Assembly (NCBI GenBank): GCA_937625935.1 | Contig: OW569357.1 | Location: 310,001 to 374,000 of the forward strand | Source: Tetramitus jugosus | Lineage: Eukaryota > Protista > Heterolobosea | Reading direction: 5' to 3' | DNA length: 64,000 bases | Shown: piece by piece, positions 45,154 through 55,862 of the stretch | Position numbering within the stretch: position 1 is the first letter of the stretch | Layout: every line of letters begins with the position of its first letter | Made by a program: the position numbers and the translations under genes | The notes under the pieces: model-generated | Database searches by the model: none | Told to the model about the DNA's origin: nothing | What the model saw: the letters and a program-made list of their open reading frames with translations, nothing else

Positions 45154-48100
45154 ATGGTGACTGTTAATCCAAGACTGTACAAACCAATTGGTATTGTACT
45201 GCTCACCGTTGCACTTGTAAATTTAATGTTCCTGCTGTATCCATTCGCCGATTCTGTTGTCGTGTTTAGGAGATGTGTCGGTTATTGGATATTTGTTATA
45301 TTTGTGGGTGTGGCCATATTTGGTGTCATACCTATCACAGCTTATGTTGCCTATGCAGTCTATTGGTTAAAGAGGTTAGTTTTTTTGTTTGAACTGAAGA
45401 AACTGATGTTGACTTGTTTATATCAATGTATTTTGTATATAATGGTTTTGTTTATTGCTTGAGCTTTTGGACTCACACTTGCTTGTTTTGCTTCTATTGT
45501 GTCCACTTTTACGATTTGGCGCCATTTTGTTGGATAATTTTACGAAAAATGCAAAAACTTGTGATATCTCGAATGAATGTTTTTATGATGACATGAATCG
45601 TCTCTCAATCAACAACAACAACAACAACAAATCATCATCATCGTGATGCTGCTGCTACTGCTGCTACAATCCTTGTCTCATTGTTAAATGACAACAACTA
45701 TAACAACAATAGACAAAAGCTCAAGCAACAAGCCACTCAAATGCAAGGTCCATCAGCACCTTGTGCACCTGATGTCATTGCCAAAAAGGTTGGTATCGGT
45801 ATCGGAGTGTCCGTTCTCGTTCTACTGTCTCTCATGTCCGTCATCTTGACCATCATTGTTGCTGCCTATCACGGAAACAGTGTGTCCATTCGTACGGCAG
45901 GTCAATTCAACCTCGTGTTCCGAGGCAACGTCACCATCAACAGAGACGACTACCTCGTGCCTCACATTACAGCCAACAGTGTCAACGATGTCATGTTTGC
46001 TCAAGCAATTGCTCACAGTCAAGATCGTCTCTTCCAATTGGACTTTTACAAGAGAATGGCATTTGGTAATTTGGCAACAATGAAGGGCAGTCAGGAAGCC
46101 ATTCATTCCGACGTCTTTTTCAGAACATTGAACTTGAATAAGACTGCGTATGAGACTTGGGCCTCTCTCGACTCTTCCTATCAAGCCTCTCTCACTGCAT
46201 ACTCTGATGGTATCAATCACTATGTCAATTCTTTGCGTCCTACACAGAGACCATTCGAATACAAGGTGGAGTTGCACGGTAACTTTGAAAAGGGTGATTT
46301 TTGGACTCCTCAGACTTCGCTTGCCATTCTCAAAATGTTCCAATTTGTCATGAGTGGTAACTTGGAATCCGAGTTGATTCGTTTCTATCTTGCTACGAAC
46401 ATCAAGTTGAACATTACGAGAGTGATGGATTTGGTTCCGATGGCCAGATACGACGCACCTACTACTTGGAGTGCTGAAGACTTGTACATTCCTCCTCCAT
46501 TGGTGCCTGATCGATTGGCTGCCGAGTTGCAAAAGTTTGAAGATGATCAGAACAATGCTGCCGAATTGCAAAAGTTCTTTGGTGTCAACACAGAGGAACC
46601 ATCGTCGTCCACTTCTACCACCAAGAGGCCTTCTAATTTGGCTGATTTGGTTTCAAAGTGGGAACCTACTCACAGTTGGCTCAAGCATGGAAAGTCATTT
46701 GTTGAGAACACGTTTGGTACTGTCAACTGGGCAACTTACTCTGGTGGTGACTTGTTTGAGGAGACAACTTTGGGATCTTCTTTCGGTTTTCCATTCCGTC
46801 ATCAAGCACCAACATTCTTCTACTTGAATCACTTGAGACAATTGGATGCCACTACCAATGTTGCCACTGGTGTTGAGGGAACTGGTCTCTCTATTCCTGG
46901 TGTCCCTGGATTGATGACTGGTAGAACCTTGTTCTACACTTGGTCTGCTGCTCCTATGCAAGCTGATGTCATGGACTTTTATGTCTTGAAGGATGTGGAG
47001 AGTGGTTTGACATATGAGTACGATGGTGTAGAAACCAACTATACTCTGAGACATGAGGTGATCAAGGTGAGAGACGGCAAGACCAGAACAATTGTTTGCA
47101 GAGACTCTGTTCACGGACCTGTGTTGAGTGACTCCTGGGAGACTTTCACCGATATTACTGAGCGTCCAAACTCTGTGGAAGGAATGAGAATGGCTTTGAG
47201 ATGGACTGGATTCGAGTCCACTGACACAACCATTGCATTCTTTATTGACAGTTGGAGACAATCAGACTACAATTCATTCGAAAAAGCTGCATACAAGTTC
47301 TCTGTTCCTGCTATGAACGTGTTCTTTGGAGACAGAAATGGTGATCCTGCTGGTGGATTCGTTGCTGTAGGCCTTGTTCCTGATAGAAAGGCAGACCACA
47401 CTGGACTTTTGCCTGTTAATGGTGCTGGTGCTAACTTTACTTGGGATGGATTTAAGGACCTCACTGCTGTCAATCCAAATGTTTATGTGTCTCTAATGGT
47501 CAATGCTGGTAACAAGATTGTTCCACCTGGTTTTGATTATGATTTGGGATATGATCATGAAGAGAGTTGGAGATTTGAAATCCTGAAACAATCTATTGTT
47601 ACACAGTACACTGTGGCAGAGAGTAATGGTACTTCTGTGCGTCCTTTGACCGCTGACTTTGCCAAGAAAACAATGAATAGCAAGGAGAGTGGTCTGTTGT
47701 ATGGTCTGACTCCTGCATTGTTGGAAACTCAACAGAGAATTCAAGCCGGTTTGGTTACTTTGACACAATCCAGTGTCATGAAGAGAATTGAGTCTCTGTT
47801 GGGATGGAGTGGCGAGATGAGTTCTGGATCTGGTCCGGGTGCTTTGATGCTTGGCTGGTACGAGGAGTTGACTAAGCTTGGCCAATGGGAGTCACAAATT
47901 GAGCAATGGCATCGTCCACAATTCATTGTCAGAACATTGGCTCCTCTGCAGAACCAATCGCTCGATCTATCCGATTATGGCTATTCTGCTCAACCTAGTG
48001 CTGACCTCCTTGCCAGAAACGATGAAAGATGTAGAAAGGGACTCGTACTGTTGTATGGTGTCTCTGAAACCGATGCTGCCAATGCTGCTTACCCTTGCAG

Positions 48101-48485
48101 TGAGTACCTTGCGGCTTCTTTGTCTGCTGCTTCTTCCAAGTCTGTTGGAGCTACCAACAGAATCAATTTTAGAAATCCAATGATGGCTGAGACAACATTC
48201 AAGTGTGTCTGTGATAGAATTTTGAAACAAACTGGAGGAGGTGCTGTGTCCCTCAACAGTGTGATGCCACATTTCCAACAAATTTCATACTATGCCTCCA
48301 TCTATCAAAACGATGAACACAAGTTTAGAATTCCATTGAGTCCTGATGGAAACCAATGGGGTAAGAAGAGATACGACAAATACCTAAGAGAAATTAGTTC
48401 CAACGAGAATGGATTCTGGGTACCAATGTATTCTAGTGGTTCAGGTTATTCCGTTATTGAATCCTTGGAACTTGCCAGTGCCTAA
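45154..48485 (+). CDS. Membrane-anchored penicillin-acylase-fold (Ntn hydrolase, S45) protein (intron 45375-45712)
   Basis: VTINRDDYLVPHITA, AHSQDRLFQLD, AYSDGIN, PGVPG, HGPV and MALRWT motifs. A GTTAGT...ATAG intron fuses an upstream 2-TM exon in frame. Confidence 0.85.
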
Positions 48486-48509
48486 GAAATATTAATTATA
48501 AAATTCAAA

Positions 48510-50576
48510 TTATCTATTTACTTTCTTGATTGGATGTCTAGAAGAATGAACACTTCCAGTTACCTTACTCTCTGCTGCGGTTCTATTATCGATGTAAACA
48601 TCTCTATCATCCAATACTTCGGTCGATAGAATGCACTCTGATTCCTTAGTGTCGGCTTCTTCCACTTTCTTTACCAATTCTCTCTTCTGCGGATGATGCT
48701 TGAGTTCAACTCGATCGAGGAGAAAAGTATCTTCTTTTTCGTCTTCTTCACTCGTATTGAGAGCAAATTCATCTTCTGTGTCATCATAAAGGTTCATCAG
48801 AGGCTCTCTATCGTCAATAAAGATACCAAACTCTCTATGGTCCTTCAGAAACTTCTTAAAGTATTCAATCGTAAAGATGTTCTTGTGTGCTGTCTCTCTT
48901 AATTGAGAATACATATCGAGTGCTCGCGAGACACTAATGTAAGTACCGTTTGGCATTTCCTCTTTCCCTTTGAGCATTCTTACAACTCTTTCAAGAGTTT
49001 TCACAAGCTCTAATCCTTCTTCCTTTTCAACATAAGAACTCAGTTTTTGCCCGTAGTCATACTGCCTTTTCAGTTTGAGTGTTTCATGGCGAGCCAACTC
49101 CAAATCTCGAAGGGCTTTGTTTTCTAATTGTTTGGCATCTTGAATCCATTTTCGGTTGAATTCGAGCTTTTGTTTCATCATCTCGGTATGATGAATTCTC
49201 TCTATTGCTTCTTTTCTGATCTGTTCCTCCAAGATATCTATTTCCTTTGTTTGTTTAATCAACTTTTCTGAGGATTTAGCGGCTGACTCCCTAATCTTAT
49301 AAATGTTGAAGGAAATGGTTGAGTTGGTGTTTTGTTCCATCAGTGGATCAGCCATACTCTGACTTTCTTTTCCTCCATTCACTTCATTCTCTACAATTAG
49401 AGATATCTCTTGGATGTCCTTCTCTCTTTTGTGTTGGTTTTCAATGAGTTGTTTTGTTAGAGAGATGGCATCCTTGACTCGGCGGATACTTGATTCAATA
49501 GATAGTTGCTCTTCGGTATGACAGCCAATCAAATTCTCAATGAAGTTAATCTCAGCCTCTAATGTCTTTGTTTGAATCATGGACATTGCTTTGTTCAGAG
49601 ATTTTCCTCTTTCCTGATCGAGGTTGGATACTCTTCTCGCTTCTTCTCCTTTGTCCAGCAGTTCTTTCATCTTTAGAATTGATTCTTCTTCGGGAGTATC
49701 CATTATACTATGAGTCTCGAATCGTAGGAGATCATTTGCGTCTCTTTGCTCATCGGTTTTGATTCCATGCTCTATCAACTGCTCATGGAAGAACTGGTCA
49801 ATTAACTTATCAGTTACAGTTGTTTCCAACTTGATAGAATTGTTCTTAGCCCTGGAGTTGATTAGAAAGTTCTGTACATGTTCATCACTCTCTTCATTGA
49901 ATCTAGAACTGATATCAAGTTGATAGTTCTTTTCTACTTTGTAGAAATGATTTCTGGGAAGATCAGAACTATCAGGATCCTCAATCATTGATGGAATGGA
50001 GTTTATAGAAGTATTGACAGCAGATCGGATGATACTTGTTACAGGGGTAAAATCCATAGTATTATATCTATCATTACTTATATCCCCTTCTTTGGCAACA
50101 TACACATCCTGTAAGAACTCATCATCAGGTACTGGTTCGTCGTCCGAGTTATCACCTGGATTAGTAAATTCAAGCCTCGTTTGCATAAATGAAGGAACAC
50201 CCGGAGGAGCTAATCTCGATCTTTGTCTAATTCCTAGTTCATCAGGTTCCTGTTGATCTTCCATTGCAGAGGTATTCGCATGTTTTCTTCCAGGAAGTTT
50301 AGAAGGAGCAGTCAATGTTGTCCGAAACTCTTGATTAAAGGACTCTTGATTCAAACGAGAATCTCTTGTCAAACTAGGAGCCTTGATAGTGTTTCTTCCT
50401 GTGGACGAGCCTAACACGGTCCCTTTTCCTGTGGATTGTTTAGAGGTAACCTTAAGATGAGCTTGTTGAGGTGTCCTCTGTGAAGATTGAGGGATCATCC
50501 TCTTTGTTGCTCCTGTTGTGGGAGTAGGCTGAGAATTCTTTGGTCCTGTAGCCATGGAAGACGATGTCCTTTTCAT
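48510..50576 (-). CDS. Uncharacterised 688-aa protein with a disordered N-terminus and coiled coil
   Basis: Long intronless ATG-initiated ORF; no family recognised. Confidence 0.75.
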   Translation of the reverse strand: MKRTSSSMATGPKNSQPTPTTGATKRMIPQSSQRTPQQAHLKVTSKQSTGKGTVLGSSTGRNTIKAPSLTRDSRLNQESFNQEFRTTLTAPSKLPGRKHANTSAMEDQQEPDELGIRQRSRLAPPGVPSFMQTRLEFTNPGDNSDDEPVPDDEFLQDVYVAKEGDISNDRYNTMDFTPVTSIIRSAVNTSINSIPSMIEDPDSSDLPRNHFYKVEKNYQLDISSRFNEESDEHVQNFLINSRAKNNSIKLETTVTDKLIDQFFHEQLIEHGIKTDEQRDANDLLRFETHSIMDTPEEESILKMKELLDKGEEARRVSNLDQERGKSLNKAMSMIQTKTLEAEINFIENLIGCHTEEQLSIESSIRRVKDAISLTKQLIENQHKREKDIQEISLIVENEVNGGKESQSMADPLMEQNTNSTISFNIYKIRESAAKSSEKLIKQTKEIDILEEQIRKEAIERIHHTEMMKQKLEFNRKWIQDAKQLENKALRDLELARHETLKLKRQYDYGQKLSSYVEKEEGLELVKTLERVVRMLKGKEEMPNGTYISVSRALDMYSQLRETAHKNIFTIEYFKKFLKDHREFGIFIDDREPLMNLYDDTEDEFALNTSEEDEKEDTFLLDRVELKHHPQKRELVKKVEEADTKESECILSTEVLDDRDVYIDNRTAAESKVTGSVHSSRHPIKKVNR

Positions 50577-50700
50577 TCTATCTCAAGATCGACTCAGACT
50601 GAGAATTGGAGCTGTTCTTGTTTGCTAGTGTGGTTTCCTCAATTTGACCGTTATCGATATACGACGCGAAATATTTCCAATAATTGAGACGAGAACTTCA

Positions 50701-52287
50701 ATGTTAATAGATGATGACTCCTCCCTGGTAGTAGAGGAGAAGCCTTCTGAAGCTTTTCTGGTAGACATGATACGAAAACTACAGGAGCAAGTCAATGCGT
50801 TTCGAGTAACGGTCGAAGGATTGCAAACCGAACTGATTAGTGAACGAGTAATACACCAAAACAAGGTATCTAGATTGGAAGAGGAGCTTGAAACACAATC
50901 CAGGTTGATCGATACTCTAAAAGAAAAGTTGGATGCCAGCAGAGTTCTCCCAGAAGATCGAAACTCATATGAGAGACAACACACCAACGGGCTGCGGCTT
51001 TCAGAAGAACAGAAATTTAACGAAAAAGTGTTCCTGGAGGATACGAGCAATGGAAGAACACTCGTCAATGACAACGAAATTAATATTGAGAAAGAAGAAG
51101 TGTCATGTCAAACAGATATTGTCAGGAGACTGGAACAGCAGACCCAAACGTCTAAGGAGATATTTCAAATTACCAAACTAGTCAATGAATTGTTGTTTGG
51201 AACAAGGGATTTGACTAAAACAGATCGCAAATATTCTATATCTTCATCAACTACCCGAGTAAACACACCACGACACAGTATTCCACTTCAATCACCTACT
51301 CAAAAACAGAGAACCAGTTCGGGAATTCATATCATGAGCTATTCAACTCCAAATCATAATCAAGAGCTGCTCCAACAACAGTTGTTGACTCAAGTGGAAG
51401 AACTAAAGAAATTGATTCCAATTAGCACGGTAGATCAGATGGTGGGACACTTGTTAAGAGTTGAGCTAGCATTGAGATCCAATAATGCTTTCGAAAATTG
51501 GATGTTGTTTGCAAAGCTGTCTAAACTTCAATTAACTGTTGAGGCAATGCAATCTGTAAATACTAATACTCGTTTAGAAAAGAGAGTTACCTTCACAAAG
51601 ATGATAAAAATTCGGATCGAGCGATTACTAAAGGAGAGGAGGGCTAGGAGAGAGAAGTATCGAATTACTAGACACACTTTGTATGACCATTGGGTGTATT
51701 GCATATTTGAGTCTCTGAAGTATCACTCTGATGTTACTCCTAGAAGTGGTGCTTTATCTCATCGAACAATTGATCCCAGACAACAGCTAAAAGTAATGAT
51801 AGAGAAGTTTGACCTAATTGACGACGACCTCTCCTCCAATTTACACTCCAGAGCGAAAATTGAGTCAAAACTTAATAATCGTGACAAGATGAAAGTTAAT
51901 GCTATTGCACCACTCTTCAATCACAATTTCTCTGATATGACTGTTTCTAGGAGAAAAGTCGTTCTGTCCGAGTTCCTTGATTTCGTCTTTCGAGCCAGAC
52001 TCGAACAAGTGACTGACTCTGGTTATGGAACACATGAACTTTATGAATATAATTCGCCCAGAAGAGAGTCTAAATCTCAATTTAACTCCATGCCAGCAAG
52101 CCCTCCTCGGGAAGTTAACTCTGTTTCAATTCCCTTCGCTACTCCCAGAGACAACAGGATAAACCATGACCGAATGCCTGGCTTCAAGCTCTTCATACCC
52201 AACATCGCCATACCTACTCGAGCTATCAGTCCTCCAAAGATCAGTCCAACTGTTTTCAAGAGACGTTATCGTGGGGCTCAGACATGA
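50701..52287 (+). CDS. Uncharacterised coiled-coil protein
   Basis: Long ORF with first ATG at 50701, divergent from the previous gene. N-terminal coiled coil and SP/TPR-rich C-terminus. Confidence 0.7.
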   Translation: MLIDDDSSLVVEEKPSEAFLVDMIRKLQEQVNAFRVTVEGLQTELISERVIHQNKVSRLEEELETQSRLIDTLKEKLDASRVLPEDRNSYERQHTNGLRLSEEQKFNEKVFLEDTSNGRTLVNDNEINIEKEEVSCQTDIVRRLEQQTQTSKEIFQITKLVNELLFGTRDLTKTDRKYSISSSTTRVNTPRHSIPLQSPTQKQRTSSGIHIMSYSTPNHNQELLQQQLLTQVEELKKLIPISTVDQMVGHLLRVELALRSNNAFENWMLFAKLSKLQLTVEAMQSVNTNTRLEKRVTFTKMIKIRIERLLKERRARREKYRITRHTLYDHWVYCIFESLKYHSDVTPRSGALSHRTIDPRQQLKVMIEKFDLIDDDLSSNLHSRAKIESKLNNRDKMKVNAIAPLFNHNFSDMTVSRRKVVLSEFLDFVFRARLEQVTDSGYGTHELYEYNSPRRESKSQFNSMPASPPREVNSVSIPFATPRDNRINHDRMPGFKLFIPNIAIPTRAISPPKISPTVFKRRYRGAQT

Positions 52288-52370
52288 TTGGCGCCAAAAA
52301 ATGTCTACAGTGAACAAACTGAACCAAAAAAACACATCTTCTTTGTTCATAAGTCGGAGGGACCTCAAAA

Positions 52371-54164
52371 ATGAACAGACCAGGAAGCAGTAGAGCCAGA
52401 CCTTTCTCCAGAACTGGACTAGTGTCTTCTGTTGGAGCAGGAGCCATGGGTATGGGAGGAGCTATACCTCCAAGCACTTCTCGGATGGGTCAAAGCAGAA
52501 TGGGAACTGCAATGAGAACAGCTGGTGTTGGAGTGGCTCTCAACACCAATGTTGATGTTACGAATAGGCCTGTAACTCGTGAGGGTATGTTTGGGATGGG
52601 AATGAAGGGGGCCAAGGGCCAGCGACAAGTACAGGATAAGTCCTATTACATTGGTCTCCTCCATTCAAAGATTTCTCAACTGGAGGAAGAGAAAACCAAA
52701 TTGAATGCCGAAGCAGAGAAATTGACCAAGTTTTCCACAGAGAATGAATCTCTTCAAAGTAAAAAGTCATCTGTTCAAAAAGTAGTTGAAGAATTGAGAG
52801 CAGAGTTCAAGGACTTGAATTTGGCAGTGGAACTGTTGCAAAAGCATGGAAGCGATGAACCATTGGACAAAATATCGAAAATGAAACTGAAACTTGAACA
52901 AAAGAATAAGATAACCACTGATCAAGTCAACACGATTTTCAAAGAAAGAAATGATAAGGAAACGGAAATTCGGGAATTGGAAGAACAAATGAATGAACTC
53001 AATGAAGCAATGGAAAATGAAATGGAAAAGGATCCAGAACTTAAAGAGCGATTCTACGACGCCAAGGAAAATATGAGAATTTATGGAGAAGAGTACGAAA
53101 AGAAAAAAGCAGAGTTAACTCAACTAGAGTACTCATTTGGAGAGTTATCAAATGAAGTGTTGTCTGGAGATCCAGAAAAGAGAAGATATTTCGAGAAACT
53201 TCAGGAGAAGAACAATCTTGAGAAACGAAAGAGCAATCTCGAGAGTCATATGAATGGTGGAGATGGGATTCAAAAGACTTCAATTAAGAATCAAGTACAA
53301 CAAGATAAAGAAGAAGTGCAACTTTTACAGAAACAATTGCAAAGTTTTAAATCAGAGTTAGAGAAGAAGAAGAATGAAATTAAGGAATTGATTCCAACAT
53401 TGGATGCTTTCAAAGGAGAGAGAGCCAAGAAATTCAACGAACTAAAAGAAAAGGACCAAATTCTGTCCAATTTCATTAGCACCTTCCATACCGATAAGGA
53501 GAGAAATTTACAAGTAATGAACGATCATCAACAAATGATTGTTCAGCTGCTGGAACATATAGGAAAGAACATAGCCGATAAAGACAATCTACCATCCTTG
53601 GAAAAGTTGGCTGAAATGAAAGACGATCTCAACTTCAAGCAAGAACAAAAAGATATATCGCAAACAACTCTACAGAGGCTTGAGAAAGATTTACAGGTTC
53701 GAAGAAAAGAGTTAGAAAAAGTTCAGAATCTTGGTGAAAAGATTGATGTCGATCTAAAGAGGATGACTCTAAAACAGCAAGAAATGAGAGAAGAACTACA
53801 TATTTACAACGATGTCGAAGCCATGAGAGAAAGAGAAAGGAGAGAACTTGAAGAACTGAGGAGAAGGAGAACAGAGCTACAAACACTAAAGGAGTTCATG
53901 GAAAAGAGACAATCAGACCTGAGCAAACAAAACGAACAAATGAAGAGAAAGATTGAAAGAGATGACATCTACAATGAACTGAGAGAATTGGAAACCAAAC
54001 TCCGCATTCATGAACAAAACAAATTTGCTCTTGAGGAATATGTGAGAACGAGAGGAGCAGAAAGCGACTACTCTGACCACAAAAGGAAAACTTTGGAACT
54101 GGTGGAGAATCTTAACCAAAAGGTTATCTCGTCAGCCAATGATAGTCACACCTTCTTTTTGTAA
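52371..54164 (+). CDS. IFT74: Intraflagellar transport protein 74
   Basis: Basic RPGS/GTA N-terminus, VTNRPVTREG, RQVQDKSYYIGLL, LETKLRIHEQNKFALEEY...ESDY. Confidence 0.92.
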   Translation: MNRPGSSRARPFSRTGLVSSVGAGAMGMGGAIPPSTSRMGQSRMGTAMRTAGVGVALNTNVDVTNRPVTREGMFGMGMKGAKGQRQVQDKSYYIGLLHSKISQLEEEKTKLNAEAEKLTKFSTENESLQSKKSSVQKVVEELRAEFKDLNLAVELLQKHGSDEPLDKISKMKLKLEQKNKITTDQVNTIFKERNDKETEIRELEEQMNELNEAMENEMEKDPELKERFYDAKENMRIYGEEYEKKKAELTQLEYSFGELSNEVLSGDPEKRRYFEKLQEKNNLEKRKSNLESHMNGGDGIQKTSIKNQVQQDKEEVQLLQKQLQSFKSELEKKKNEIKELIPTLDAFKGERAKKFNELKEKDQILSNFISTFHTDKERNLQVMNDHQQMIVQLLEHIGKNIADKDNLPSLEKLAEMKDDLNFKQEQKDISQTTLQRLEKDLQVRRKELEKVQNLGEKIDVDLKRMTLKQQEMREELHIYNDVEAMRERERRELEELRRRRTELQTLKEFMEKRQSDLSKQNEQMKRKIERDDIYNELRELETKLRIHEQNKFALEEYVRTRGAESDYSDHKRKTLELVENLNQKVISSANDSHTFFL

Positions 54165-55475
54165 CATGTATAAATTTTTACAGTGCAGATCGTTTAAAGT
54201 TTGCCTGTGGGGCAGTACTACTGGAGGATTGCTTCTTTGTCTAAAGTGATTGATGTTGATTAGCAATTTTATATCCATGAATACAAGCAAAACAAAATCT
54301 GTACATACAATCAACTGACCGTCCTTCTCATACTCTGTTACCTTTACCATCTGCGACAGCGAACAGTCAATAAGAGAGTGATCAGCACCACCAGAAGTGA
54401 TACTATCAGCATTGTGGATATTCCAATCGACTGCCCTGCCTGCCCTCCGATGGAACTTATGTTCATTTGTTAAATAAATACCTTGTTTTTGAGCATCGTC
54501 AGACATGCTCCAAATTCGCAGCGAATGATCTTCGGAGCATGTAGCGAACCGGTTGCAGTCATTACTATCGAACCGCAAATCATTCACCGTGTGGTTTGCA
54601 CTCTTCTGATTCGCTTTATTGCTTCCATGAGCATACCTTCTCTGCAATGGTTGAAGAGAGTTTCTAGTATCCCACAGCAGAACTTGTCCCTTGCGATCTC
54701 CAACACCAATGAGCCAATCATCTCTCTTGTGCCAATCGAGGCATGTCAGTGCCGCAGGATCCGTTCGGTCCAACATTGTGTTCACACTTGAATAATCACT
54801 TGTTCTTCGATCCCAAACCTTCAATAATCCATCGTCACTCACCGTAGCAAACTCGTCTCTATTGTTTGTGTTCCACCGTATACCATTCACTGATTTTGTG
54901 TGTTCAGTGTACGAAGATGCCGCAAACTCCAAATGATTAATGTCAAACAGTTTGACACGAGAGGAGTGAGACGATGTCAAGATCCAATCATGATCCAACT
55001 GATTCCAATCGACATCACTGATTGCATATCCCTTGTCACACTGAACACTGACCAACTGTTTTCCATGATTGACTTGCCAAAAGCTCACGCTTCCATCATG
55101 ATTTCCACACATGACTGTTTGTGTGTAGTGCTCTGACCATGTCAATGCATGAACACCTGTTCTGTTCTTTAGCTTGGACAGAATGGTGGTCGTGGTGGAC
55201 CTGCTGTGATTGGATGATGGTGATGATGATGATGGACCAATCAAGTACAAATCACCAGTGTGGAACCAATGACCATGGCTCATGGTTCCCACACAGCAGA
55301 CATCACTGTAAAAAGTGCTGTATTCGAGGTCGTTGATCTCATGATCCAGAATGTGAATGTCAGGTGGAGATGACGATGGCTTGTTTGGTGGTTGTGATGG
55401 TGATGGCGACGTCAAAGCTTCAGAGGCATGATGACGACTGCGGCTCGTTGTTGCTGTGGATTGATCTGGGTTCAT
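54132..55475 (-). CDS. WD40 protein, second divergent PEX7-like; 3' end uncertain
   Basis: WD repeats LTWSE...DGSVSFW, VDWN, EHTKSVNGIRWN...SDDGLLKVWD, LTCLDW. The tail after about 54350 looks intron-like or non-conserved. Confidence 0.75.
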   Translation of the reverse strand: MNPDQSTATTSRSRHHASEALTSPSPSQPPNKPSSSPPDIHILDHEINDLEYSTFYSDVCCVGTMSHGHWFHTGDLYLIGPSSSSPSSNHSRSTTTTILSKLKNRTGVHALTWSEHYTQTVMCGNHDGSVSFWQVNHGKQLVSVQCDKGYAISDVDWNQLDHDWILTSSHSSRVKLFDINHLEFAASSYTEHTKSVNGIRWNTNNRDEFATVSDDGLLKVWDRRTSDYSSVNTMLDRTDPAALTCLDWHKRDDWLIGVGDRKGQVLLWDTRNSLQPLQRRYAHGSNKANQKSANHTVNDLRFDSNDCNRFATCSEDHSLRIWSMSDDAQKQGIYLTNEHKFHRRAGRAVDWNIHNADSITSGGADHSLIDCSLSQMVKVTEYEKDGQLIVCTDFVLLVFMDIKLLININHFRQRSNPPVVLPHRQTLNDLHCKNLYMLQKEGVTIIG

Positions 55476-55862
55476 AATTCAAGTTTTTGCATGTACGATC
55501 GGCCAAATTGAAGAAAAAAGCGGCAAAATAAAGCCCATCATTTACAATTTTGTTTCGACAGTTGAAAGACATGTTCAGATTACTAAAAAAAAATGTTCAG
55601 GAATCCAAAAAAGAAAATCAGTCATCACTAGAAACTATTGTTGTTATTTTATCATTTGTTCTTTGTTGTTTGTAGTTTGATTGCAAGGCATCGTCATTCA
55701 ATACAGGATGTTTAGTGTTTGCTTATTTTGTCGAATATACATGTGTGTGTGGTGGTAGTAGTAGTGGTAGCAGTCATTATTGCTGTTGTTGCTGCCATTT
55801 TTGTGCAAAATGAAGACATTGGAAAAGAATTTGACATGTGACACATCACACGCAGCACACAA

